From the IMG/VR virus record IMGVR_UViG_3300044639_000880, positions 1-64,000 of that record: a stretch of 64,000 nt of DNA; one strand, 5' to 3'. The DNA comes from an uncultured virus (IMG/VR IMGVR_UViG_3300044639_000880) (taxonomy: Duplodnaviria; Heunggongvirae; Uroviricota; Caudoviricetes). Shown here one piece after another: positions 8,656 to 18,463 of the stretch (position 1 is the first letter of the stretch; each line of letters begins with the position of its first letter). Both the position numbers and the translations under genes were made by a program. The notes under the pieces were generated by a model. The model was not told where the DNA came from. It ran no database searches and was given only the letters and a program-made list of their open reading frames with translations.

Positions 8656-8922
8656 ATGGCAAAAGAAACCAACACTGAGCCTCAAGCTGAAAAACTAACA
8701 TCAGAACAGCTAGAAGCTAACCGCATCAAAGCATTAAACTTTTACAAATTACAAACTGAATTACTCACTGCACAAGCTGAGTATGAAAAACTAATGGCTG
8801 ACATTGAGCAATCTCGCGCCAAGAGGATGGAGATGATTATACGTCAAGCACAGATGGCAAACCCGCCAGAACAACCTGAAGAACCTGAAGAAACTAAAGA
8901 AAGAAAACTAAAGAAATCATAA
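8656..8922 (+). CDS. Hypothetical coiled-coil protein
   Basis: Likely start MAKETN at 8656, downstream of the promoter. Confidence 0.7.
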   Translation: MAKETNTEPQAEKLTSEQLEANRIKALNFYKLQTELLTAQAEYEKLMADIEQSRAKRMEMIIRQAQMANPPEQPEEPEETKERKLKKS

Positions 8923-8940
8923 TAGTCAAAACAAACCAAC

Positions 8941-9354
8941 ATGGCTAAGTTTAATGTAGTAGAAAAAAAAATAAGCATGTCTTTGGATGATATTATTAAA
9001 TTCCAAATTATGCTATACTGCTATACTCATAAGATTGTAATCAGTGAAGCTGACTTAACTTGTCTAACATTGCTCGGCCTTAATAAAAAGGCTGAGCTTT
9101 CAGACTTTTGTAATGCTTCTTGTGCAGCGGATCAGAGAGATAGAGACACAGAATTACCTTACCAAAAGGCTATATTCAAAACTCCACAAACTGTAAGAAA
9201 CTGTATTGCTAAGATGCGTAACTTTAATCTTATAAATAAGGATACATTAAGTCATAGTAAAATGATTGAATTAAATCCTGAACTGAGTATTCAAGGAGAA
9301 GGTAATATATTGTTAAACTTTAAAATGTATCATATTGGTACCCAAGAAAGCTAA
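8941..9354 (+). CDS. Putative winged-helix DNA-binding protein
   Basis: TPQTVRNCIAKMRNFNLINK...IELNP resembles a wHTH recognition helix and wing. Confidence 0.5.
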   Translation: MAKFNVVEKKISMSLDDIIKFQIMLYCYTHKIVISEADLTCLTLLGLNKKAELSDFCNASCAADQRDRDTELPYQKAIFKTPQTVRNCIAKMRNFNLINKDTLSHSKMIELNPELSIQGEGNILLNFKMYHIGTQES

Positions 9355-9778
9355 GGATTTTAAAAAACCTACAGCTGAAGACTTAGGTTTACCGGAGAAT
9401 CTAGTAAATGATGTAATTGATTTTTACTGGGCTAAGGTTAGAAAACATATATCAGCTTTAGATTATGATAACATAAGCATTCCTAATCTAGGAGTTTTTA
9501 AAGTTAAGCATTGGAAAATAGATGAAACAGTAGAGAAGTACAAACTTCATATAAGCAGAATGGAAGGCAAGTTTACAGAGCATATAGTAAAAAGAGATTT
9601 AGAAGAAAGAATAGCTAAACTTCATCTGGTTAAAAAATCAGTAGAAGAAACTGAATTAAAATTTAAAGAAATAAGAGATGCTAGAAATAATAAAAACAAT
9701 ATGGAAGAACAAAGCCCTGATATGGGAGGGCTTTCTAAACAGTCTGATCAAGAAGGAACCTGTAGAGAAGATTCATAA
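9335..9778 (+). CDS. HU/IHF-like DNA-binding protein
   Basis: AEDLGLPENLVNDVIDFYW...ISIPNLGVFKVK matches the HU/IHF fold pattern. Confidence 0.65.
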   Translation: MVPKKAKDFKKPTAEDLGLPENLVNDVIDFYWAKVRKHISALDYDNISIPNLGVFKVKHWKIDETVEKYKLHISRMEGKFTEHIVKRDLEERIAKLHLVKKSVEETELKFKEIRDARNNKNNMEEQSPDMGGLSKQSDQEGTCREDS

Positions 9779-9959
9779 TAAAAGAATGAAGATCTGCAGT
9801 ACTTGCCCAGAACTAGATCCACAAGGATCAAAATGTGTAATCACTGGTACTCAACCTTGTTGTGGTATTTGTGGTTGTAGCTTAGCTATGAAATTAAGAT
9901 CTATGGATTCTGAATGTCCACATCCTGATGGTCCTAAATGGAAAGCTGTAGAACTATGA
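9678..9959 (+). CDS. Small Cys-rich (Zn-binding) protein
   Basis: RMKICSTC...C...PCCGICGC...K...ECP...W. Confidence 0.6.
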   Translation: MLEIIKTIWKNKALIWEGFLNSLIKKEPVEKIHNKRMKICSTCPELDPQGSKCVITGTQPCCGICGCSLAMKLRSMDSECPHPDGPKWKAVEL

Positions 9960-9993
9960 GTAATAAACAGAAAGAAGCAAAAGAATATCACAA

Positions 9994-10191
9994 ATGAACA
10001 CACAGTATACTCTAAAAGATCCTGTAATAAAGGATGTAAGACAGTTTGCAGAAAACTTCAGACATCATCTTATTTTAGATAATAAAATAGAGCTAGACGA
10101 ATTTGAAGGATTAAATAAACTTATAGCATCTGAAGATGCTGAGAGTATTAACTTAGCAATAATTATGATGGAGCAAAAGAGTAACAAATGA
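9994..10191 (+). CDS. Hypothetical protein
   Basis: ORF in operon; C-terminus weakly resembles that of 10188. Confidence 0.55.
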   Translation: MNTQYTLKDPVIKDVRQFAENFRHHLILDNKIELDEFEGLNKLIASEDAESINLAIIMMEQKSNK

Positions 10192-10505
10192 ATATGAACA
10201 CCTGGATAGCTGAAAGAGAAAAACAACATCTAGCTCAAATAGCTATTGAGACGGAGCGTCAGCTTATGTGGGGTGATAACTCTTACAAAAGAAATGCGCT
10301 TAGGCTAGATCTTGCTGATTTATATAAACAAGGCAAAGTAGATTTAGCAGAGCAAAAAAGAATTATGGATATGATAGATTCTCCAGCAGGAGAAGATCTA
10401 ACCTTTGCAGAGATCCTTATAGAAACAATATCAACTCAAAAATCAATTCAACATGTCAGTAACATTTACAGCGGGAAATCACAAATATCAGAGCTTAGAT
10501 CCTAA
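10188..10505 (+). CDS. Hypothetical protein
   Basis: ORF coupled to the previous gene by an ATGA overlap. Confidence 0.55.
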   Translation: MNMNTWIAEREKQHLAQIAIETERQLMWGDNSYKRNALRLDLADLYKQGKVDLAEQKRIMDMIDSPAGEDLTFAEILIETISTQKSIQHVSNIYSGKSQISELRS

Positions 10506-11271
10506 TGAAAGGATAGACTGGGTAAGCGTAACTAGTTTTGTAGGACAGTTCAAGCAAAAGTTTGATCCTGTTGCCCAATCTATTAAGTCATCTAAAAATA
10601 AAAATTCTAAGTGGTTTGGTATAGATCCTAAAAAGATTCAAGAGATCTGGTCAGGTGAAGGTGATCGTGCAGTAACAGCCGGTTCATGGTATCATGATGA
10701 GAGAGAAGCAGACATTACAAGCATTGATACTATTCAGAGATCGGGTGTAGCTGTTGCTATTATTAAACCAATTTGGGAAGGTGGAATTAAATATGCACCT
10801 AACCAAAGATTGACAGAAGGGATTTATCCTGAACATTTTGTATATTTGAAGTCAGCAGGTGTGTGTGGACAATCAGATAGAGTTGAGGTAGTAAAAGGTG
10901 TAGTAGATGTTATTGATTACAAAACTAATAAAGAAATCAAAAAAAATAGTTTTGTAAACTGGGAGGGTAAGTCTCAGAAGATGACTGGGCCTTTATCTCA
11001 TTTAGATGATTGTAACTTTAACCATTATGCTTTACAATTAAGTACCTATATGTATATTATTCTTAAACATAATCCTCAGTATAAAGTTGGAAAGCAAATG
11101 CTTCATCATGTTATATTTGAGAAGGATGGTGAGGATGAGTTTGGTTACCCTATTGTAAAAAAAGATACTTCCGGAAATCCTATTGTGAAGACTGTAGTTC
11201 CTTATGAGGTGCCTTATTTGAAATCAGAAGTAATAGCTATGATTGATCATCTTAAAAATAACCCAAAATGA
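10453..11271 (+). CDS. PD-(D/E)xK (RecB/Cas4-like) nuclease
   Basis: SVT...GSWYH...E...GQSDRV...IDYKTN...YALQLSTY motifs. Confidence 0.85.
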   Translation: MSVTFTAGNHKYQSLDPNERIDWVSVTSFVGQFKQKFDPVAQSIKSSKNKNSKWFGIDPKKIQEIWSGEGDRAVTAGSWYHDEREADITSIDTIQRSGVAVAIIKPIWEGGIKYAPNQRLTEGIYPEHFVYLKSAGVCGQSDRVEVVKGVVDVIDYKTNKEIKKNSFVNWEGKSQKMTGPLSHLDDCNFNHYALQLSTYMYIILKHNPQYKVGKQMLHHVIFEKDGEDEFGYPIVKKDTSGNPIVKTVVPYEVPYLKSEVIAMIDHLKNNPK

Positions 11272-11402
11272 GAATACCTAAGATAACTTTTACAACCTTT
11301 CCTGGCCTATGTGTAGGAGTAGGTTTTCCATGGACTGATTATAGTGATATGTATATTACTATACTGTTTGTAGGTATTCATATTAAATTTAGAAAAAGAT
11401 GA
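11268..11402 (+). CDS. Small hydrophobic protein (44 aa)
   Basis: Translated by hand (MRIPKITFTTFPGLCVGVGFP...); ATGA overlaps at both ends. Confidence 0.5.
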   Translation: MRIPKITFTTFPGLCVGVGFPWTDYSDMYITILFVGIHIKFRKR

Positions 11403-11578
11403 CTATGAGTGAAGATGAATATCAACATAAGGCTTTCTTTGAAAAGAAAAAAGCTGTAACAATAAAGGGTGAAAATATAACAGTTACTTTTATACCTGAT
11501 CCTTTATTTGATGAATCACAAGAAAAGAAACTCTTCTGTGAAGAGATTAAAACCAACAAAGATGATAAAGCTATTTGA
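11399..11578 (+). CDS. Small hypothetical protein (59 aa)
   Basis: Translated by hand (MTMSEDEYQHKAFF...); fills the gap in the operon. Confidence 0.45.
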   Translation: MTMSEDEYQHKAFFEKKKAVTIKGENITVTFIPDPLFDESQEKKLFCEEIKTNKDDKAI

Positions 11579-12077
11579 TTTACAAAATGGGAAGATTATT
11601 CCTACAGAACATTGTTACACTTTAGGATTTCTTAAAGACATTATGGATGCGCATCCTGCACAACATCTAAGCATATACGCGTATCTCTTTTACATGACCT
11701 GTCCTAATCCTGAAATTAATCCATACTTTAATATGCCTATTGATGAGAAGGAGTATATTATCTTGCAAGATATTCGCGCAGAATTTAGTCCTGAGGAAGA
11801 TATGATAATTACAGCATTAGGTAAGTGCACATTGATGTATGAAACCCCTACTGTTAGAGCCTTCAGAGGTATCAGTGCTATGCTAGATAGATTAGCAAGT
11901 TACATGGAGAAGACTCCTGTATCTCATGGACGGGATGGAAACATCAACTCCCTGGTGAGTGCTGCTAAGAACTTTGATGGAATCCGTAACTCATTTAAAG
12001 GAGCTTATAAAGATCTTCAAGAAGAACAACAAACAAGAACTCGCGGTGGTGGAGAACTAGCTTATGATCAGAAATAA
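11562..12077 (+). CDS. Conserved protein upstream of terL, candidate terminase small subunit
   Basis: Likely start MIKLFD at 11562 (preceded by AAACCAACAAA); helical; C-terminal RGG; TAATG coupling to terL. Confidence 0.55.
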   Translation: MIKLFDLQNGKIIPTEHCYTLGFLKDIMDAHPAQHLSIYAYLFYMTCPNPEINPYFNMPIDEKEYIILQDIRAEFSPEEDMIITALGKCTLMYETPTVRAFRGISAMLDRLASYMEKTPVSHGRDGNINSLVSAAKNFDGIRNSFKGAYKDLQEEQQTRTRGGGELAYDQK

Positions 12078-14281
12078 TGGATAAATTTTTCTATACAGAT
12101 ATACCCACTTGGGATAATGGTGTTTGGACTACTACCAGTTTTGATACTAGAGAAGAATTTAGAGATCTAGTTTTATCTGTATTTAAAGAACCAGGTAAAT
12201 ATGATTTTGATGAAACATCTTTCATATTTAATGAAGAAGCTGCTAAGTATAACGCGCAAGGATTTTATACACCAGCTCCTGTAAGAAGTAAAGATTATAT
12301 TACTTATTGGGATGAGATGAATGCGCGATGTAGAAAAGGTGTGATCTTTAAGAATAAGAAGAAGACCTGGTACCTCACGCGTGAGTACTATATGTGGATA
12401 AACTTCCTACCTATCAACAACAAAGAAATAAGAAAGTTTGCTTTCCCTGATATACGCGATGCTCAATATCACTTAGCTCTTTATGAGATCTTAGCTGAAT
12501 TGTTTTATAAGCATGCTGCTATTCTTAAGAAACGGCAGATAGCCTCTTCGTATTTTCATGCAGCTAAACTGATTAACCAGATCTGGTTTGAACAAACTCC
12601 TATTCTAAAAATGGGAGCAAGTCTTAAAGCTTATGTACAAGATACTTGGAGATTTTTAGCAGAGTATAGAAACTTCTTAGATGAGAATACAGCTTGGTAC
12701 CGGCCTATGAATCCAGGTAAGGTTCTTGACTGGCAACAACAAATTGAAACAACTATTCCAGGAACTACAAGAAAAACCTTAAGAGGTTTAAAAGGTGTTA
12801 TTAAAGGAACATCCTTTGAGCAAGATCCAACAGCCGGTGTAGGTGGACCCTGTACTTATTTCTTTCATGAAGAAGCCGGGATTGCTCCGGACATGATGTT
12901 TACTTATGGATACATGAAGCCTGCTTTGAAATCAGGTATGATTACAACTGGTACTTTTATAGCAGCTGGATCCGTGGGTGACTTAGAACAGTGTGAGCCT
13001 TTAAGAAAAATGATTCAGACTCCTGAGGCTAATGAGATATTTTATGTTAACTCTAATCTTCTAGATGAGAGAGGGACGGTAGGAAGAACTGGTTTATTTA
13101 TTCCAGAGCAGTGGTCAATGCCACCTTGTGTAGATAAGTTTGGTAACTCTGAAGTAGAAAAGGCTCTTGTAATGCTTGATGAATATTTTGCTAAAATTAA
13201 AAAAGATTTAGCACCTGAGGATTATCAATTAGAAGTATCTCAGCATCCGCGCAATATTGAAGAGGCCTTTGCAACAAGAAGTGTATCCTTATTTCCTAGT
13301 CATTTAGTTGCTGCTCAGAAGAGAAGAATTGAAGATAAAGAATACCATACAGAATTTATAGATTTATCTAGGAATGCGCAAGGTGTATGGGTTATAGAAA
13401 AAAGTAAAAAGCTTCCTGTATCAAAGTTTCCAGTAGAGAAGAATGCTGAAGATAAAAGTGGTGTAATTGTAATGTATGAAAAACCAGATTTAAAGGCTGA
13501 GTGGGGTACATACTATGCATCTATAGATCCCGTGTCACAAGGTAAAACTACAACATCAGAATCCTTATGCTCTATCTTTATTTATAAGATTCCTATTGAA
13601 GTAACTAGACAAGATGGTGTAGATGTATCTACATACATAGAACAAGATAAAATTGTAGCCAGCTGGTGTGGAAGATTTGATGATATCAATGAGACTCATA
13701 AAAGATTAGAGAACATGATTGAATGGTATAATGCCTGGACCCTTGTTGAGAGCAACGTCCCCGGCTTTATAACTCACATGATCAAGCAAAAAAAACAAAA
13801 GTATTTAGTTCCCAAGAGTCAGATTACTTTCAGAAAAGACATTGATAATGTTCAAACTTATCACCAGGAGTATGGATGGAGAAATACTGGAACAATATTC
13901 CGGGCCCACATCTTACCTTACCTAATAGACTTTTGTAAAGAAGTTTTAGAAGAAGTAACCACAGATGAAGGTAAGGTAGTTAAAGTAGTTTATGGTATTG
14001 AGAGAATTCCTGATAAGATGGTTATGGTTGAGATGCAACAATACAGGGAAGGACTCAATGTAGATAGATTAATTGCACTAGGAGCTCTCATAGCTTTTGC
14101 AAAAGTTCAAGAAGCAAATAGAGGTATCAAAAAGAGATTAGATACTACTGATAAAAAAGACTTGTCCAAATCAGAAAATTTATATAAATTTACTAACAAT
14201 CCCTTCAGGCATATTGGAGGGGGTAGTAAAGTTATGAATGATGCTAAACCAGTCAGAAATCCTTTTAAAAATATAAGATAA
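12077..14281 (+). CDS. terL: Terminase large subunit
   Basis: ATPase (KKRQIASS Walker-A region, FFHEEAG Walker B) plus RNase-H-like nuclease (ASIDP, LVESN, NVDRL). Confidence 0.92.
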   Translation: MDKFFYTDIPTWDNGVWTTTSFDTREEFRDLVLSVFKEPGKYDFDETSFIFNEEAAKYNAQGFYTPAPVRSKDYITYWDEMNARCRKGVIFKNKKKTWYLTREYYMWINFLPINNKEIRKFAFPDIRDAQYHLALYEILAELFYKHAAILKKRQIASSYFHAAKLINQIWFEQTPILKMGASLKAYVQDTWRFLAEYRNFLDENTAWYRPMNPGKVLDWQQQIETTIPGTTRKTLRGLKGVIKGTSFEQDPTAGVGGPCTYFFHEEAGIAPDMMFTYGYMKPALKSGMITTGTFIAAGSVGDLEQCEPLRKMIQTPEANEIFYVNSNLLDERGTVGRTGLFIPEQWSMPPCVDKFGNSEVEKALVMLDEYFAKIKKDLAPEDYQLEVSQHPRNIEEAFATRSVSLFPSHLVAAQKRRIEDKEYHTEFIDLSRNAQGVWVIEKSKKLPVSKFPVEKNAEDKSGVIVMYEKPDLKAEWGTYYASIDPVSQGKTTTSESLCSIFIYKIPIEVTRQDGVDVSTYIEQDKIVASWCGRFDDINETHKRLENMIEWYNAWTLVESNVPGFITHMIKQKKQKYLVPKSQITFRKDIDNVQTYHQEYGWRNTGTIFRAHILPYLIDFCKEVLEEVTTDEGKVVKVVYGIERIPDKMVMVEMQQYREGLNVDRLIALGALIAFAKVQEANRGIKKRLDTTDKKDLSKSENLYKFTNNPFRHIGGGSKVMNDAKPVRNPFKNIR

Positions 14282-14287
14282 TATACC

Positions 14288-17056
14288 ATGCAAGTACTCA
14301 ACGCATTACAAATGAAATCCGGCAAAAAAGCCGAGTATAATAGGATGGGTTCTATTACTCAGCCTTTACAGTTTTTGCCAAGAAAAGACAAAGATCCGGA
14401 GTGGGCTGCTTGGAATCTAGACTGGCTTGAGTGGAACGGCCTTAAGCAACTTCGCAGAAATGCAAGAAGGCTTATGAAAAATTATAAGTTAGCTAAAGGA
14501 GTAATTGATAGAAATGATTATGTCATAGAGGAAGATAATGAAATGAGAGATCTTGTAGATACTCTTACTAAAGAAGATCCTAGTGTACTTGAGTTAAAGT
14601 TCTATCCTATCATTCCTAATATTATAAATGTTCTTACCTCAGAGTTTTCTAAAAGAAATAGTAAAATCACTTTTCAAGCAAAAGATGAGTATTCTTACAA
14701 TGAACAACTAGAACAAAAAAGATCTCAAGTTGAGAATGTTCTTCTACAACAAGCTGAACAAAAGCTTTTAGCTAAAATGCTTGAGCAAGGTCTTGATGAG
14801 AATGATCCTGAAGTTCAGCAACAAATGCAACAACAACTGTCTCCAGAAAACCTTAAAACACTTCCTGAAATACAAAACTTCTTTGATAAAGATTATAGAA
14901 GTATGTGTGAACAATGGGCTATGCATCAAACTAAAATTGATGAAGAGCGCTTTAAGATGGATGAATTAGAAGAGCGTGGTTTCCGTGATTCTCTTATTAC
15001 AGATAGAGAGTTCTGGCATTTTAAGATGATGGAAGATGATTATGATATTGAGTTATGGAATCCTGTGACTACTTTTTATCATAAATCTCCTGAAGCAAGA
15101 TATATCTCTCAAGGTAATTGGGTTGGTAGAATTGAGATGTTAACTGTTGCTGATGTTATTGATAAGTATGGTTATGCCATGACTCAAGAACAATTGGAAT
15201 CTATTGAAGCTATTTATCCGGTTAGATCTGCTGGTTATCCTCTACAGGGTTACCAGAATGATGGATCATATTATGATGCTACCAAGTCTCATGAATGGAA
15301 TACTAATATGCCGTCCTTAGCCTACAGACAGTTTACATCTATGTATGACAACTTTGTGTATAATGGTGGTGATATTATTAATTGGATCATGGCTGAAGGA
15401 GAAGACTACGCGCCTATGGGTGCAGCTTTCTTACTCCGTGTAACAACTGCTTATTGGAAATCACAAAGAAAAGTAGGTCACTTAACTAAGATTAGTGATA
15501 ATGGTGAAGTAGCTACAGATATCATTGGTGAAGATTATATCATCACAGACAAACCTATCTATGATACAACTTTAATAAAAAATAAAAGTAAAGATAATTT
15601 AATTTTTGGTGAGCATATAGATTGGATTTGGATTAATCAAACATGGGGTGGTGTAAAGATTGGCCCTAATCATCCAAGCTTTTGGGGTATGAATAATCCA
15701 GGAGGAATAAATCCTATGTATTTAGGTATTGATCAAAATAGAATGGGTCCTCTTAAGTTTCAGTTCAAAGGTGAGAATACTCTTTATGGATGTAAACTAC
15801 CTGTAGAGGGAGCTGTATTCAATGACAGAAATACAAGATCAACTTCTATGGTTGACTTAATGAAGCCTTTCCAGATCGGGTACAATATTGTAAACAATCA
15901 GATTGCTGATATCCTTATTGACGAGCTAGGCACAGTAATCATGTTAGATCAGAATGCATTACCTAAGCGCTCATTAGGAGAAGACTGGGGTAAGAACAAC
16001 TTTGCCAAGGCTTATGTAGCAATGAAGAATTTTCAGATCTTACCTTTAGATACATCTATTGCTAATACAGAAAACTCAATCTCTCAGAATCCTTTCCAGG
16101 TAATGAACTTAGAGCAGACTAACCGTATGATGTCTAGGATCCAAATGGCTAATTATTTCAAGCAACAATGTTTTGAAGTAATAGGAATTACACCACAAAG
16201 ATTAGGTCAACAGATTGGACAAACAGATACAGCCAAAGGCATAGAACAAGCTGTTGCAGGATCTTTTGCTCAAACAGAACCATACTTTATTCAACACTCT
16301 GATTACTTGATGCCTCGCGTGCACCAGATGCGCACAGACCTAGCCCAGTATTATCAATCAACTAAACCTTCTATTAGATTACAATACATAACATCTAGTG
16401 ATGAGAAAGTTAATTTTGAAATGAATGGTACAGATCTTTTATTAAGAGATCTTAATATTTTTGCTACAACTAAGGCTAATCAAAGAGCTATTCTAGAACA
16501 AATGAAAAACTTAGCAGTTAGTAATAATACTGCCGGTGCTACTATTTATGATCTAGGAACTATCATGCAAACAGAATCTATGGGTGAGCTTACAAATTCA
16601 CTTAAAGCTATTGATAGAAAAACTACAGCTCAACGTCAAGAAGAGCAACAGCATGCTCAGCAAATGCAAGAACAAGAAATGCAAACTAGACTTCAAGAGA
16701 AGCAAATGCAGCTTGATCATGATATGCAAGAGAAAGAAAAAGATAGAAGAAAAGATATTCTTATTGCAGAGATTAAATCTGCAGGATACGGTGCTATGGA
16801 GGATATTAATGCTAATCAACAAAGTGATTATTTAGATGCATTAGGTCAGATTCAAAAGTCAGAACAATTTCAGGAAACAATGGGTCTTCAGAATAGCAAA
16901 GAAACTAATAGAATGACCAATGATAGAGAGAAAGCACAAATTGAAAGAGAAAAAATGCAGACTCAAATAAAGTTAAAGCAAACAGATTTGGAGATAGCCA
17001 GGGAAAATAAGAATAAATTTGATAATAAAAAGCCTGATACAAAGAAGAAGAAATAG
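14288..17056 (+). CDS. Portal protein
   Basis: 922 aa directly after terL; FYPIIPNIINVL and GITPQRLGQ motifs; long Gln-rich C-terminal coiled coil as in crAss-like portals. Confidence 0.88.
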   Translation: MQVLNALQMKSGKKAEYNRMGSITQPLQFLPRKDKDPEWAAWNLDWLEWNGLKQLRRNARRLMKNYKLAKGVIDRNDYVIEEDNEMRDLVDTLTKEDPSVLELKFYPIIPNIINVLTSEFSKRNSKITFQAKDEYSYNEQLEQKRSQVENVLLQQAEQKLLAKMLEQGLDENDPEVQQQMQQQLSPENLKTLPEIQNFFDKDYRSMCEQWAMHQTKIDEERFKMDELEERGFRDSLITDREFWHFKMMEDDYDIELWNPVTTFYHKSPEARYISQGNWVGRIEMLTVADVIDKYGYAMTQEQLESIEAIYPVRSAGYPLQGYQNDGSYYDATKSHEWNTNMPSLAYRQFTSMYDNFVYNGGDIINWIMAEGEDYAPMGAAFLLRVTTAYWKSQRKVGHLTKISDNGEVATDIIGEDYIITDKPIYDTTLIKNKSKDNLIFGEHIDWIWINQTWGGVKIGPNHPSFWGMNNPGGINPMYLGIDQNRMGPLKFQFKGENTLYGCKLPVEGAVFNDRNTRSTSMVDLMKPFQIGYNIVNNQIADILIDELGTVIMLDQNALPKRSLGEDWGKNNFAKAYVAMKNFQILPLDTSIANTENSISQNPFQVMNLEQTNRMMSRIQMANYFKQQCFEVIGITPQRLGQQIGQTDTAKGIEQAVAGSFAQTEPYFIQHSDYLMPRVHQMRTDLAQYYQSTKPSIRLQYITSSDEKVNFEMNGTDLLLRDLNIFATTKANQRAILEQMKNLAVSNNTAGATIYDLGTIMQTESMGELTNSLKAIDRKTTAQRQEEQQHAQQMQEQEMQTRLQEKQMQLDHDMQEKEKDRRKDILIAEIKSAGYGAMEDINANQQSDYLDALGQIQKSEQFQETMGLQNSKETNRMTNDREKAQIEREKMQTQIKLKQTDLEIARENKNKFDNKKPDTKKKK

Positions 17057-17128
17057 TCTATAGCTATATATTGCAAAATTTTAATATAGGGCTTATAGAA
17101 TATTTCAAATGTATAAAGTTTAATTAGT

Positions 17129-17136
17129 TAAATTTG
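17129..17136 (+). promoter_or_regulatory. Bacteroidota -7 promoter element
   Basis: TAAATTTG upstream of the scaffold-like gene. Confidence 0.55.
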
Positions 17137-17164
17137 TTACAGTAAATTAAATAAACCAACAACT

Positions 17165-18421
17165 ATGAGTAATAATGAAACAACTACAGTAAATCAACAA
17201 GACATAAATCTTGATGACTTACTAGGTACACCGGGTGCAGAGAACATCATGGTGCCTGAAAAGAAAGAAGAGAAACCAGGGATGTTTTCTAGAGCTTCTA
17301 AAGTAGATCTTACGTTCCTTGATAAAGCTGATGATTCTTCTTCAGAAGAAGCTGGTGAAAATGCTGATAAAGCTGCACCTAACATCAGTGTAGAAGAGGC
17401 TAATAAGACTTTAGATAATCTTATTACTAATCCAGAAGATACTTCTAATAATGAAGAGTCTTCTAAAAAAACAGGAAGACCTACAGGCCTAGTAGAATTA
17501 GGTACAAGACTTATTGAAAAAGGTATCTTAACTCCTTTTGAAGGAGAAGAAGATGTAAGTAAATATACTCTTAAAGATTGGGAAGAGTTATTTGAATCTA
17601 ATGAAAATGCCAAAAAACAAAAGTTTGGTAAAGAAGCTTCTGAAGAATTCTATGAACAACTTCCTGAAGAATTACAAGTAGCAGCACACTATGTTGCTAA
17701 TGGTGGTAATGACCTAAAGAGCTTATTTAGATCCTTAGCAGCGGTAGAAGAAATTCGCCAGTTAGATACTTCTGATGAATCCAGTCAAGAACAAATTGTT
17801 AGAAGCTATTTACATGCTACACAATTTGGTACAGCTGAAGATATTGAAGAGGAAATAGAAGCTTGGAAAGATAGAGATGAATTAGAGGCTAAGGCTAACA
17901 AATTCAAACCAAAATTAGATGCTATGCAAGAGCAAATTGTTGCAAGACAATTACAACAACAAGAAGTTAAGCGTAAGCAACAACAACAACAAGCTGCAAT
18001 ATACACAGATTCAATATATAAAACTCTTGAACCTGGTGAGATTAATGGAATTAAGATAGACAAGAAAGTACAGAATATGTTATTTGGCGGTTTAACTCAA
18101 GCAAATTATCCTTCAGTATCTGGTAGAAATACAAACTTACTTGGTCACTTATTAGAAAAGTATCAATATGTAGAACCTAATCCTGCTCTGATTAGTGAAG
18201 CACTTTGGTTATTAGCTGATCCAGATGGATACAAAGCTAAGCTTAAAGCTGTAGGTGGTAAAGATCAAGTAGAGAAAACAGTGCGTACACTGAAGACAGA
18301 ACAAAACAATAAAATTACATCTAACTTTCAAGAAGAAGATGACAATGCTAGCAGAAAAAAATCAGGTGGTTCACCAGGTTTAGCAAGACCTTCTGGTAGC
18401 TTTTTTGCAAGAAATAAATAA
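17165..18421 (+). CDS. Putative capsid scaffolding/assembly protein
   Basis: Acidic disordered N-terminus, helical core, located between portal and MCP. Confidence 0.65.
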   Translation: MSNNETTTVNQQDINLDDLLGTPGAENIMVPEKKEEKPGMFSRASKVDLTFLDKADDSSSEEAGENADKAAPNISVEEANKTLDNLITNPEDTSNNEESSKKTGRPTGLVELGTRLIEKGILTPFEGEEDVSKYTLKDWEELFESNENAKKQKFGKEASEEFYEQLPEELQVAAHYVANGGNDLKSLFRSLAAVEEIRQLDTSDESSQEQIVRSYLHATQFGTAEDIEEEIEAWKDRDELEAKANKFKPKLDAMQEQIVARQLQQQEVKRKQQQQQAAIYTDSIYKTLEPGEINGIKIDKKVQNMLFGGLTQANYPSVSGRNTNLLGHLLEKYQYVEPNPALISEALWLLADPDGYKAKLKAVGGKDQVEKTVRTLKTEQNNKITSNFQEEDDNASRKKSGGSPGLARPSGSFFARNK

Positions 18422-18463
18422 CAACAATTAAATATAAATATAAACTAAAAACAAAAACAAAAA

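Noticed and set aside
11508..11561. Upstream extensions of ORFs 11508, 8632, 23368, 23669 and 36956
   Set aside because: They overlap promoters, terminators or upstream genes; downstream ATGs have better leaders and match paralogue starts
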